From a virus: a stretch of DNA of 64,000 bases. The first letter of the stretch is position 1. Every line of letters begins with the position of its first letter. Of this stretch, positions 46,546 through 55,035 are shown in pieces. A model generated the notes under the pieces. The model did not search any database and was not told the origin of the DNA. It saw nothing but the letters and a program-made list of their open reading frames with translations. A program made the translations under genes and the position numbers. The stretch covers positions 96,001 to 160,000 of IMG/VR virus record IMGVR_UViG_3300030107_007542; one strand, written 5' to 3'.

Positions 46546-47535
46546 TTATTTGCCTTCCTTTCTGATACGCTCGATAATGCGTCGAGTGATCTCTTTGGCT
46601 TCCTTTACGGAGATTTTACCTGAGGTGTTCTCGCTCATTTTCTTGGCCATACCATATTGATTACCACGCATATCACTGCTTTCGGGATTCACCTTATCCA
46701 GGCAAGTCTTGGTTTCTTCATCCCAATCAACACAGTCATCGTCGCGATACATCATTTCAGAAACGGGGTGATCCTCACCCGGATGTGCTTCGTCGCAACT
46801 TTGTCCAGGATGTCCAGCGCCTTCGTCCATGTGGTCATCTTCACGATGCTGATCAACACCCATATCATGTCGCAGGGCGTCCAGATGATGCTCGATGCTG
46901 TCGAGATGATGCTCTAGGCGATCTTCTTCGCGCTTGTCGGCACTCTCATCTTCTCCATAGTGCTCGCTTTCTTCTTCTTTGGAGTCTTCCTGAAGTTGGT
47001 CTTTAGACTCCTTAAGAAGTCCCCACTTCTTCATCAAGAGCGTGTTAAGCTCGTTATCTTTCCATTCTTTAAGTGACATCTGTGGTTCTCCTGAATCTTT
47101 AAAATTGATATCTATGGTAATCTTACCTCTCTTAATTAGGTCCTCAAAGTCCCTAAAGATCAAATTACCTTTGGTATACGCTTCGCGCTCCATTTTTCGT
47201 AAGTGTGGATCACGCTGTGCGTATCCGGGGCTTGTGTCATCCGAGCCATCAAAATCTCCGCGGCAATTCTGGGCGTGATGTACTAACTCATGAGAGAGTG
47301 ACCTCATAATATCTTTAGGATGACGTTTATCCGTGAAGAGATAAACTTCAAAAGTCTCAGGGTTATAATGAGCAGTTTTTCCCAAAAGTACATCAGCATT
47401 GCTAGGATCAGATTGAAATACAATTTTCACTGGCTGGTCAAATCCAAGCTGTTGTTGGGAATATGGAAGAAAGCCCTTCACCATCTGTTCTAAATGGGAA
47501 ATATTGCCTCCGGTATTGTTCTGACAACTGTGCAT
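46546..47535 (-). CDS. HExxH-containing protein with acidic/His-rich C-terminal half
   Basis: DIMRSLSHELVHHAQ motif, followed by Asp/Glu/His-rich low-complexity sequence. Confidence 0.6.
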   Translation of the reverse strand: MHSCQNNTGGNISHLEQMVKGFLPYSQQQLGFDQPVKIVFQSDPSNADVLLGKTAHYNPETFEVYLFTDKRHPKDIMRSLSHELVHHAQNCRGDFDGSDDTSPGYAQRDPHLRKMEREAYTKGNLIFRDFEDLIKRGKITIDINFKDSGEPQMSLKEWKDNELNTLLMKKWGLLKESKDQLQEDSKEEESEHYGEDESADKREEDRLEHHLDSIEHHLDALRHDMGVDQHREDDHMDEGAGHPGQSCDEAHPGEDHPVSEMMYRDDDCVDWDEETKTCLDKVNPESSDMRGNQYGMAKKMSENTSGKISVKEAKEITRRIIERIRKEGK

Positions 47536-47541
47536 ACGTAA

Positions 47542-47548
47542 TAAATAG
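47542..47548 (-). promoter_or_regulatory. CTANTTA motif (candidate phage late promoter); representative site
   Basis: The same heptamer lies 5-40 nt upstream of starts at 4658, 37880, 39769, 47542, 49362, 51228, 51920, 53081, 53638, 58869 and 59694 (minus strand). GTAATTA variants occur at 5060 (-) and 53780 (+). Confidence 0.55.
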
Positions 47549-47549
47549 T

Positions 47550-47864
47550 TTAAAATACTAGAAATAGCACTCCTGTTATGTGCCAGCTAAAAACTCCCAC
47601 ATATACAAGATTAAGGCCAAAAAGAGTATAGAATATAAATTTCTTAAAGCGTCGCTTGAACTTTAACAGTATTGAAAGGCTTGCAAAACTAATGAATAGC
47701 TTAACAAATGCAAAAAGTGCGATAGAGTGCTTAAGGTAGTAGTTCATGATCGGATTAGCCTCGGTGGCTAGTCCGCTAGAAATCCAGTAGACTGTAGCTA
47801 GAAGATCAGATAATATAAGAAAGATGAGTAAATAAGAAAGAATATGGATCTTCCTTATTGTCAC
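47550..47864 (-). CDS. Membrane protein, DUF5658-like
   Basis: SDLLATVYW...EANPIM...FAFVKL with three hydrophobic helices. Confidence 0.65.
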   Translation of the reverse strand: MTIRKIHILSYLLIFLILSDLLATVYWISSGLATEANPIMNYYLKHSIALFAFVKLFISFASLSILLKFKRRFKKFIFYTLFGLNLVYVGVFSWHITGVLFLVF

Positions 47865-47867
47865 ATT

Positions 47868-48182
47868 TTATTCCTTGACGTGTCCAGGATGCTTTTTGTA
47901 CATCATATGATCGAAAATAGAACTCATCATCGCAGAGGCCTTTGTAATTTTAGCTTGTACCCATGGCTCTAAGTTTTCGTCCTCCATTATAATATCATGG
48001 AGTTGTTGTGCCTTCTGGCCCATGTGAAAAAGTTCCCGCTTTGCCATATTACCTTCATAACCATCGGGGTCCTTCTCATAAGGTCGATCCTCGGGGTTCT
48101 GTGGGGATTCGAGTAATACGGAGTGTTGCTCGCTGACAGCCTCTTGAATTAAACGTTGAAGTTCGTTTCGTGTGATTTTCAT
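47868..48182 (-). CDS. Hypothetical protein (putative head internal protein)
   Basis: N-terminal MKITRNELQRLIQEAV motif; conserved-looking EGNMAKREL...LEPWVQAKIT core. Confidence 0.6.
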   Translation of the reverse strand: MKITRNELQRLIQEAVSEQHSVLLESPQNPEDRPYEKDPDGYEGNMAKRELFHMGQKAQQLHDIIMEDENLEPWVQAKITKASAMMSSIFDHMMYKKHPGHVKE

Positions 48183-48217
48183 TTTTTACCTTCCTCCGGA
48201 GGGTCTTCGTGATCTGG

Positions 48218-48652
48218 TCATTTCCCGCCCTCTTCAAGTTCACCACCAGGCGAAAAAGTCATGGGCATATGACCTCCAGCACCAAAATACTTTTGTCGAT
48301 CGGGAGGCGGCGCGACCACGCGCTGATCGGGCATCGGATAAGCTCCCTCGCCCTCCAGGGTGTTAAGTACCCTACGAAGCGACGCAGAGGCCTTAAAGGC
48401 GTGTTCGTAAGCGTCATCATAGACAGGGTCATCAAGAGCTTCTATAAGCTCCTCAGTGGCCTCTCTGGCCTTAAGGGCGATCTCATACATCTTGTTGGAC
48501 TTTTTATCGCCCATGTCTTGCATACTAACATCATTATCCGCCGCCGGTTCCCTATGGGGGACGCCCTTCGGCGCCGAAGGAGTATTAATGCCCCCTCCGG
48601 TGAACATTGCCTCTCTGACGAAGGCTTTAAGTTGATCGAAATCAATACTCAT
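48218..48652 (-). CDS. Hypothetical protein (putative head internal protein)
   Basis: N-terminal IDFDQLKAFVREAM motif. Confidence 0.6.
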   Translation of the reverse strand: MSIDFDQLKAFVREAMFTGGGINTPSAPKGVPHREPAADNDVSMQDMGDKKSNKMYEIALKAREATEELIEALDDPVYDDAYEHAFKASASLRRVLNTLEGEGAYPMPDQRVVAPPPDRQKYFGAGGHMPMTFSPGGELEEGGK

Positions 48653-48654
48653 GA

Positions 48655-49338
48655 TTAGTCTTTTCCTTGCTCGATATCAGGATACTTCCTCTTCACTGCA
48701 GCGCGAACCTTAGCTTTTTCCTCTGAAGTGCCATGCTGTGCTACCAAGCTCAGAGCTGATCTTGCCCTGTTCTCAGTATCAATGGGATAAGAGCCGGCCT
48801 GCTTGCCCTTTGGGCCCTCTCCCTTTCCTGGAAGTGCAAAATCACTATCGGGAAGCGCCCTTCTTTCCGCAGCGGAAAGGTCTTTTTCATTTAAGCGCTC
48901 TTCCCAAACGGAGCTTCGTTTCGGCGCCGCATCTTTTCGGCTAGCTTGGCGCAACTTAGCTGTGAGGGCGCTAATTTCGGCAGGGTCCGTTGGGAGTCCT
49001 AATGCTGGAAATATGACCTTTAAGATCATTTCGCTCTTCATAGCAGGGGTCGTTGCTTTAGCAAGTTCTCGACGAATTAATTTTAATGGTTGCATCATTC
49101 CGCTTTTGTCGAACTGCTTCTGTGCGCGCTTCTCTCGACCTCGAAGGTCAGGCTTACCCGCCTGCGCTTGCTCCTCGGGGGAAATGGCAGGCATCGACAT
49201 CTCCTCTCGGGATCCCTCTTTCATCATCTCATCTAGAAGTTTTGAGGGGTCTAAGTCAAAGAATTCGATGGCCTCATTATTCGTTAAAATAACTTCAACC
49301 TCTTCTTTAATAATTTTCAAAAGTTGTGTTTTTGTCAT
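48655..49338 (-). CDS. Hypothetical protein with C-terminal DUF6582-like domain
   Basis: MTKTQLLKIIKEEV N-terminal motif; LSAAERRALPDSDFALPG...SYPIDTENRARSAL. Confidence 0.6.
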   Translation of the reverse strand: MTKTQLLKIIKEEVEVILTNNEAIEFFDLDPSKLLDEMMKEGSREEMSMPAISPEEQAQAGKPDLRGREKRAQKQFDKSGMMQPLKLIRRELAKATTPAMKSEMILKVIFPALGLPTDPAEISALTAKLRQASRKDAAPKRSSVWEERLNEKDLSAAERRALPDSDFALPGKGEGPKGKQAGSYPIDTENRARSALSLVAQHGTSEEKAKVRAAVKRKYPDIEQGKD

Positions 49339-49369
49339 GCTAGCAATCTCCGGCGTACTATTAATTAGT

Positions 49370-49867
49370 TTAGTCTTCGCTCTTTGCCATATGATCTAAC
49401 CATTTATCTCGTAAACGATTCGTAATTCCATCTTCGGTGGGGACTAGCTCTGCCTCAATTCCCGCTCGCTCAGCAGCTGTGACTTCATCTTCGTCATCAT
49501 CCCAATGCTTAACAACTCCTAGTTCTGTGAGTTTGTCTGCTTTGAGATCTCCAAATGTATAGTAGACTTCTTCGACTGGCAAATTAAACATTTCAATTGC
49601 CTCCTCGGGCGTCGGAGCTAGGTCCCACACATGCTTAGGACGACTTAGTTTAGATCGGGAAGTGACAATTATAACTTTATGTCCTTCTGCTGCCAAATCT
49701 TTAAGGAGCTGAATGTTCTCATCATGAGGACCAAGATATTCGACGTCTCCATCTTCGAGAGTTTCATATCGAATTAGTGTGTTATCAAAGTCAAATGAGT
49801 AAATGTTTTGTTCTAAGTTATCTTCTTCGGCGATAAACTTCCGCCATTCTTTTAATATCTGTTTCAT
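49370..49867 (-). CDS. HAD-superfamily phosphatase-like protein with N-terminal targeting-like helix
   Basis: MKQILKEWRKFIAEE, then SFDFDNTL (DxD), IVTSR, HWDDD. Confidence 0.72.
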   Translation of the reverse strand: MKQILKEWRKFIAEEDNLEQNIYSFDFDNTLIRYETLEDGDVEYLGPHDENIQLLKDLAAEGHKVIIVTSRSKLSRPKHVWDLAPTPEEAIEMFNLPVEEVYYTFGDLKADKLTELGVVKHWDDDEDEVTAAERAGIEAELVPTEDGITNRLRDKWLDHMAKSED

Positions 49868-49897
49868 TGTTATAAATATACCTTTTCATTCATTTAT

Positions 49898-49925
49898 AGT
49901 ATATCAAATATAAAAAGGGTGTCAA
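49898..49925 (-). promoter_or_regulatory. sigma70-type promoter (extended -10)
   Basis: TTGACA-16 nt-TATACT with TG immediately upstream of -10. Confidence 0.6.
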
Positions 49926-50128
49926 GAATTAATTTTATTACGTTGTGTTAAGCGCTGGAGACACTCTATCTTGCTTGAGACCGCGGTCGTAAACAGAAAT
50001 GGTAGAAAAGAGTGTACAAGGCACTTAAAGCTTAATACTTTTAACATCCAAACAATCTTCCAAGCTCCTATCATGTGCTGGAAGTACGTCTCATTTTGAG
50101 CATCTAGGTGTTCTAGTAGATTTTTCAC
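49922..50128 (-). CDS. Small protein, DUF6356-like
   Basis: HLDAQNETYFQH...VHSFLPFLF pattern. Confidence 0.55.
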   Translation of the reverse strand: MKNLLEHLDAQNETYFQHMIGAWKIVWMLKVLSFKCLVHSFLPFLFTTAVSSKIECLQRLTQRNKINS

Positions 50129-50853
50129 CAGCTATCCTCCTCAGGATCAGAACTAAATACGGAAGAATCAATAATCTTGAAGTTATTCTCACTATCGGCG
50201 CCAACATTGCCTCTTCCAATCTCATATTTATCAATCTCAAACTCGTGCATTGCCTTACTTAATTCTTGGTAGGCAGGACCAGCTACACGGGACAGGAGGA
50301 CTCCGAGTTCTTGAGCAATCTCGGCACTTTTAGACTCGTCATCAGCCGGATCTTCGGTTCGATCATACCGGAAGGATCCCAGAATCGTCTTCAAGATATG
50401 AAAAGGGTCGGCAGGATTGATATCTGCCTCACGACGCCATTGCAATATGGCTTCTTTCTCTGCGGGGAAAGACTTATCAAGGGCTTTGTCCATATCCTCC
50501 ATATAGTAGATCTGGGGGATATTCTCCATCACAACCCACGAGAAATCATCAGCATGCGCGTACGCACGGGGGAAGATAAGAGGATAGCGCTTGGCGGTGT
50601 TGAAATCGTCTTCGTTCATCTGCATTTTGTAATCATCGGGTTCATGGATCATTTTAATAACGTGGTCCGGATCTCCAACAGGCTGGTATACAGTGCGGAA
50701 CATGCCTCTACCAAGTTTCTTGAACCGATCGGACTCTAGAATCTCGTGAATCTCATCGAAGTCGTCGGTGGCTTGGATTTCTTTGAGCCAAGGGAAATAT
50801 TCGGCCTCGCCTTCTGCAAGGTACTTCCGCCAGTTTTCAAGCAGGAGCTTCAT
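50125..50853 (-). CDS. Protein-kinase-like fold protein
   Basis: MKLLLENWRKYLAE leader; LGRGMFRTVY (Gly loop), VIK, WVVME, YEIGRGNVG, KIIDSS. Confidence 0.6.
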   Translation of the reverse strand: MKLLLENWRKYLAEGEAEYFPWLKEIQATDDFDEIHEILESDRFKKLGRGMFRTVYQPVGDPDHVIKMIHEPDDYKMQMNEDDFNTAKRYPLIFPRAYAHADDFSWVVMENIPQIYYMEDMDKALDKSFPAEKEAILQWRREADINPADPFHILKTILGSFRYDRTEDPADDESKSAEIAQELGVLLSRVAGPAYQELSKAMHEFEIDKYEIGRGNVGADSENNFKIIDSSVFSSDPEEDSW

Positions 50854-50938
50854 TCTTCGGAATTCCAGCAACCACAATTAGAGCAGCACCGCCCGATTGT
50901 AAGGTCTGCAAGCTTTCTAAGATATTTGATTATAAGAT

Positions 50939-51223
50939 TCATTCTTTACCCTTTCCTTGCATCCTAAGTAGTCGATCTTCGGCATATTTGGCCCTCATAT
51001 CGCCCAAACCACGGTCAATCTTCTCTAGCGCTTGCGCCAGCATCTTTTCCTGATTGGCTAATTTAGAAACAATCATTTCTTGATGATATTGGCGCGCCTC
51101 CTTAGCGGCCGCCTCCTCTTCTTTTTTATCCTTACGTTGCTGCCAGTTCATAAACAACAAAGAAGCAGTCCACAATCCTAGGACGCCATACTGCGCTAAA
51201 CCTTTTATTATTTCGAGTTCCAC
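50939..51223 (-). CDS. Putative holin-like membrane protein
   Basis: Single N-terminal TM (LAQYGVLGLWTASLLF) plus a charged coiled tail, BhlA-like architecture, near the amidase; GTG start. Confidence 0.4.
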   Translation of the reverse strand: MELEIIKGLAQYGVLGLWTASLLFMNWQQRKDKKEEEAAAKEARQYHQEMIVSKLANQEKMLAQALEKIDRGLGDMRAKYAEDRLLRMQGKGKE

Positions 51224-51239
51224 TCAATAAGTAGTGATA

Positions 51240-51899
51240 CTATAGCGTCAATAGCCACTCAATTGAATGGATAACTTCTTCTGCGTTATAACCGCGGTCT
51301 ATATCTCTCAATACCATCTCTCGGTCGATGTAATAAAAAGTTGGCCACCCTGTAAGGGGCCATGGCCCGCCCGAGCTTTCTAGAATTGCTCGACTTGCAC
51401 CGATTACCAAGGAATCGCTAAGACCATACTCCGCTCCCCATGCTGCTACATCAGCTTGGGTAGGAATATCTCCGTTTGCCGTCTCAATGAGAACTGTTAT
51501 ATATAGGAGGCCCGTGTCGGCATATAGATCCTGGACCTCTTCGGCATGCGCGGCTGCCAGTCTACAGGGTCCACACCATCCAGTGGAGAAATCCAGGACA
51601 ATCGGGCGCCCAAATTGAGCATACAATCCGAAGTTGTCTCCATTTTGGTCGGGCCCTGTGAGGTTGCAGGGGTGATCACCCTCTACTCCAGAACAAGTGC
51701 TCCAAGTTATTGGACTTGGGGGCAGTAAGTCAAGTGGGTTGGTATCATGAATTGCTTCAAGAGTGGATAAAAAGACATCATTTTCCACATTTGTCGGCGA
51801 AATATCCTTTTGTGGATCGATGGTTTTAAAATTATTGGCTTCTGGTGGCGTACAAGCGCTCGCGAGCAAACAAAATGCTGCTAAAAGTGTTCGTAACAT
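51240..51899 (-). CDS. TlpA/thioredoxin-like lipoprotein
   Basis: LLASA-C lipobox; PIVLDFSTGWCGPC (CxxC); GWPTFYYID. Confidence 0.82.
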   Translation of the reverse strand: MLRTLLAAFCLLASACTPPEANNFKTIDPQKDISPTNVENDVFLSTLEAIHDTNPLDLLPPSPITWSTCSGVEGDHPCNLTGPDQNGDNFGLYAQFGRPIVLDFSTGWCGPCRLAAAHAEEVQDLYADTGLLYITVLIETANGDIPTQADVAAWGAEYGLSDSLVIGASRAILESSGGPWPLTGWPTFYYIDREMVLRDIDRGYNAEEVIHSIEWLLTL

Positions 51900-51948
51900 T
51901 ATGAAATACCTCCTCTATTTAACTAGGGCGGTCAGTGAAGGGAACACT

Positions 51949-52116
51949 TTATCTTTTCGATTCTTTCTTTTTTATTGCTGGTTTAGCCTCAAAACAGCCG
52001 GTTGTTTCACACAATTTTTCCACTTTTTCTTTAATTGTATCAATTTTAGCCGTTAAGTCAGCCAACAAAGACGCTACAGACTCTGTATTCCTTTCTTTTT
52101 CCAATTTAGGGTCCAT
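51949..52116 (-). CDS. Small coiled-coil protein
   Basis: Start MDPKLEK directly after the amidase stop; LLADLTAKIDTIKEKVEKL. Confidence 0.55.
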   Translation of the reverse strand: MDPKLEKERNTESVASLLADLTAKIDTIKEKVEKLCETTGCFEAKPAIKKKESKR

Positions 52117-52117
52117 T

Positions 52118-53062
52118 TTATAGGTGCTCCAATGAGTTTTTAGTTTCTTCAAGTAAATTAGGCAAATCAAGACCAGCGCAATCTATTTTACTTTTAATAA
52201 AATTATAATGATTGCAAAATCCATGAAATTTACCATGCTGACATTCCTTGTTGACACTTGTATCAACAAATCCCTCGGTATTCTTAGGATATTCTAAGGG
52301 TATGCCGATTCCTAGGTGAACTGCCTCCCATAAAGCCTTCAGTGCTTGAATTTGAACGGGATAAAAGTCCAAAAACGGTTTTAAGGTTTGGCCGTGAACA
52401 TATCCATGTTCTTGTAGAGGTCTTTCACCGAATCCTTGTTGTACATACCAGGATTGATACTTAGGATAATAGGCATTACTAATTTCAACACCGATTCCTT
52501 TGGTATTTCCTCCTTCATATCGGGGAATCCCCGCATGCCACGCTTTATGTTGTGTATCCAAAGTTTGAAAGATTGTACCATCGTTGTCGATGAGAAAATG
52601 AACAGAGATCCCCCTCTTGTTGAGAACACGAGAACATGACTCGGAAGACAAGCAAACATCCCAATGGTTAACAAACATAGTCGGATTTCGATCAGTCTTG
52701 CCCGAATAATTCGTATAAGTACCGGGATTAGCCTTTAGACCCCCCTCTTCGTCCCAAAGTCGCACTTGCTTCCACTTAATGGGGATAAAATTGCCATTAT
52801 GAACAATATATTTGTCATCAGCCTTAAAAGGGCATCTTTTTGTCGGTATTTTATCCAACCAGTCGGAAATTTGAGATTCTCGTTCCGTCCAGACACGTCG
52901 ATATGTCATAGGACCCACTAAGCCGTCAGCAGTAAGGTGATGTTGGCGTTGCCATTTCTTGACGGCATTTACCAAGTCATTATCAAACTCTATGCATCCA
53001 AACCACGTAGGATCCCAGCCTAGGCTGTCAGCAGAGCTTTTATTATAAAAGTGTTTGTCCAT
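52118..53062 (-). CDS. Endolysin: PG-binding domain plus N-acetylmuramoyl-L-alanine amidase (Amidase_2)
   Basis: AVKKWQ...LTADGLVGPMT; FVNHWD, SVHFLID.DG, AWHAG, IGVEI, CNH. Confidence 0.88.
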   Translation of the reverse strand: MDKHFYNKSSADSLGWDPTWFGCIEFDNDLVNAVKKWQRQHHLTADGLVGPMTYRRVWTERESQISDWLDKIPTKRCPFKADDKYIVHNGNFIPIKWKQVRLWDEEGGLKANPGTYTNYSGKTDRNPTMFVNHWDVCLSSESCSRVLNKRGISVHFLIDNDGTIFQTLDTQHKAWHAGIPRYEGGNTKGIGVEISNAYYPKYQSWYVQQGFGERPLQEHGYVHGQTLKPFLDFYPVQIQALKALWEAVHLGIGIPLEYPKNTEGFVDTSVNKECQHGKFHGFCNHYNFIKSKIDCAGLDLPNLLEETKNSLEHL

Positions 53063-53097
53063 GGGGTCCCTCTTCTACAATAAATAGAACTAGGGGG

Positions 53098-53598
53098 TTA
53101 TAAGTACTCTTTCCATTTGAGATTCACCTCACCTATGCGTTTTTTAATAATAGAACGATAGGTAGGTTTTTTTGGACGCTGAATTAGGGAAACTGGAGCA
53201 TTTTCAACAAGATAATCACGTTTTTTCTGGTTGCAGGGCTTGCATGCGGCTACTAGATTGTTCCATTGTGATATACCGCCTTTAGATTTAGGAATGACAT
53301 GATCAAGGGTTAGATCTGCTTCACGAAAGTACTTGGCGCAATATTGGCATCGATTTTCGTCTCTGGCGAGAATATTTTTTCGTGTACAAGGTAAAGTAAA
53401 GAATTTTTCATCAATAAAGCGCTTTAAAACAATAACAGAAGGGATTTGGAATGCTCTTGTGGCAGAATGAACCCATTTATCGGTATATTCGACAGCCCAG
53501 GCCTTTTTAAGCCATGTTAGGACAACTGCTTCCTCCCAGCTAATGACTTCGATGGGTTTGAACGACGAATCGAGTTTTAGGACTGTGATGTTGTCCAT
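53098..53598 (-). CDS. HNH endonuclease (McrA-like)
   Basis: RDENRCQYC...TLDHVIPKSKGG...WNNLVAACKPCNQKK. Confidence 0.92.
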   Translation of the reverse strand: MDNITVLKLDSSFKPIEVISWEEAVVLTWLKKAWAVEYTDKWVHSATRAFQIPSVIVLKRFIDEKFFTLPCTRKNILARDENRCQYCAKYFREADLTLDHVIPKSKGGISQWNNLVAACKPCNQKKRDYLVENAPVSLIQRPKKPTYRSIIKKRIGEVNLKWKEYL

Positions 53599-53709
53599 TT
53601 TACTCCTAAAAATTATTAACGAGGGGTGCTCTCTTTATAAATAGAGGATATTTTGTCGATAAACATGAATAGATGTCGCCCCGCGCACGGAAAATATTAA
53701 GAAAAGGGC

Positions 53710-53738
53710 TTGCAATCTTGCCATAAGTCGATTATAAT
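53710..53738 (+). promoter_or_regulatory. sigma70-type promoter of the yeaH-ycgB-yeaG operon
   Basis: TTGCAA-17 nt-TATAAT. Confidence 0.7.
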
Positions 53739-53790
53739 ATGAAAGAGATTAAAACTAAACAGTTTTGTCGGGTATCAAGGTAATTAGTGT

Positions 53791-55035
53791 ATGAGCGTCT
53801 TCCGTAAACACAAATCCATCGTCGATCGCGCCGCATCCGATCGGACGCGTCACAAAAAAAAGATTGACAAGGCAATTAAAGAGTCAATTAAAGATGTGGT
53901 GGCCGAAGAATCCATTATTGGACAAAATGGCAAGAAAAAGATCCGTATTCCGGTAAAAGGGATCAAAGAATATCGTTTTATCTACGGAAATAACGAAAAA
54001 AACCAGTCTGTTGGCTCTGGAGGGGATCATACTCTTAAAAGAGGTCAGAAAATCGGTGGCAAACGCGCCAAGAAGGGCCAAGGCCAAGGCCAAGGGAAAG
54101 CTAGCAATGAGCGCGGCGAGGAGTACTACGACGTAGAGATTACCCTAGAGGAATTAGCTGAATACCTCTTCAATGACCTTAATTTGCCCGATTTGGAGAA
54201 AAAACAGTTCCGTTTCATCACACAAGAGTCTATAAAGCGCAAAGGATACCGCTTTCAGGGCATTCGGCCGCGGCTCTCTAAAAAAGAGACCATTAAAAGG
54301 AAGATTCGACGTCGAAAACGCGCTGAAAAGGCCGGTACCTATGATCCAGAGGGTGACGAGCGCTTTCCTTTTCACAAAGATGACCTGAAATATCACCATA
54401 TTAAGCCCAAATCGAAAGAAAACAGTGCAGCAGTCATCTTTTTTCTCATGGACGTGTCGGGATCTATGTCTCAGGACCGAAAATTCCTTGCAAGGAGCTT
54501 CTTTTTCCTCTTATATCAGTTTCTAAACCATAAATACGAGAAATTAGATGTTGTTTTCATCTCTCACAGTACATATGCAGAGCGTGTTAACGAAAATGAC
54601 TTCTTTCGGGTGGCCTCAAACGGCGGAACTCTGATTTCAAGCGCTTTGGACAAAGAATTAGAAATAATTGACAAAGAATATCACCCAAATGCCTGGAATA
54701 TTTATACTTTTTACTGTGGCGATGGTGAAAATTGGGCATCTGACAACGAAAAAGCTGTTGATGACTTTAAAAAGATTAAAGAGGTTAACCAATTGGTAGG
54801 ATATTGTGAAATTAATGAAAATTATTCGGGACTTGCGGACACAGATGACAATCCCTCCACCTGGACGGGGCTCCCATGGGGTACTTTTTCGGCATGGAAA
54901 AACGAAGAGCCCGATAATCTATGGTCCAATTTAAATCCTATATGTGACAGCTCATTCAAACGAATTATGATTGGAAGCACGGACCATATATGGCAAGCCT
55001 TTACATATCTATTTGGAGGAGGCTCTAATGAGTAA
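53791..55035 (+). CDS. yeaH: DUF444 / YeaH-YhbH family vWA-like protein
   Basis: IRIPVKGIKEYRFIYG, FHKDDLKY, FFLMDVSGSM (MIDAS-like), GGTLISSA, WNIYTFYCGDGENW. Confidence 0.88.
   Translation: MSVFRKHKSIVDRAASDRTRHKKKIDKAIKESIKDVVAEESIIGQNGKKKIRIPVKGIKEYRFIYGNNEKNQSVGSGGDHTLKRGQKIGGKRAKKGQGQGQGKASNERGEEYYDVEITLEELAEYLFNDLNLPDLEKKQFRFITQESIKRKGYRFQGIRPRLSKKETIKRKIRRRKRAEKAGTYDPEGDERFPFHKDDLKYHHIKPKSKENSAAVIFFLMDVSGSMSQDRKFLARSFFFLLYQFLNHKYEKLDVVFISHSTYAERVNENDFFRVASNGGTLISSALDKELEIIDKEYHPNAWNIYTFYCGDGENWASDNEKAVDDFKKIKEVNQLVGYCEINENYSGLADTDDNPSTWTGLPWGTFSAWKNEEPDNLWSNLNPICDSSFKRIMIGSTDHIWQAFTYLFGGGSNE

Noticed and set aside
48182-48220. Possible TGA readthrough (EEGGK*PDHEDPPEEGKK*)
   Set aside because: The 12-codon extension has no supporting signal and is compatible with a chance spacer containing the next gene's SD.
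53098-53598. HNH as part of a mobile intron or homing element
   Set aside because: It is free-standing with its own CTATTTA motif and SD; no interrupted host gene or intron structure flanks it.
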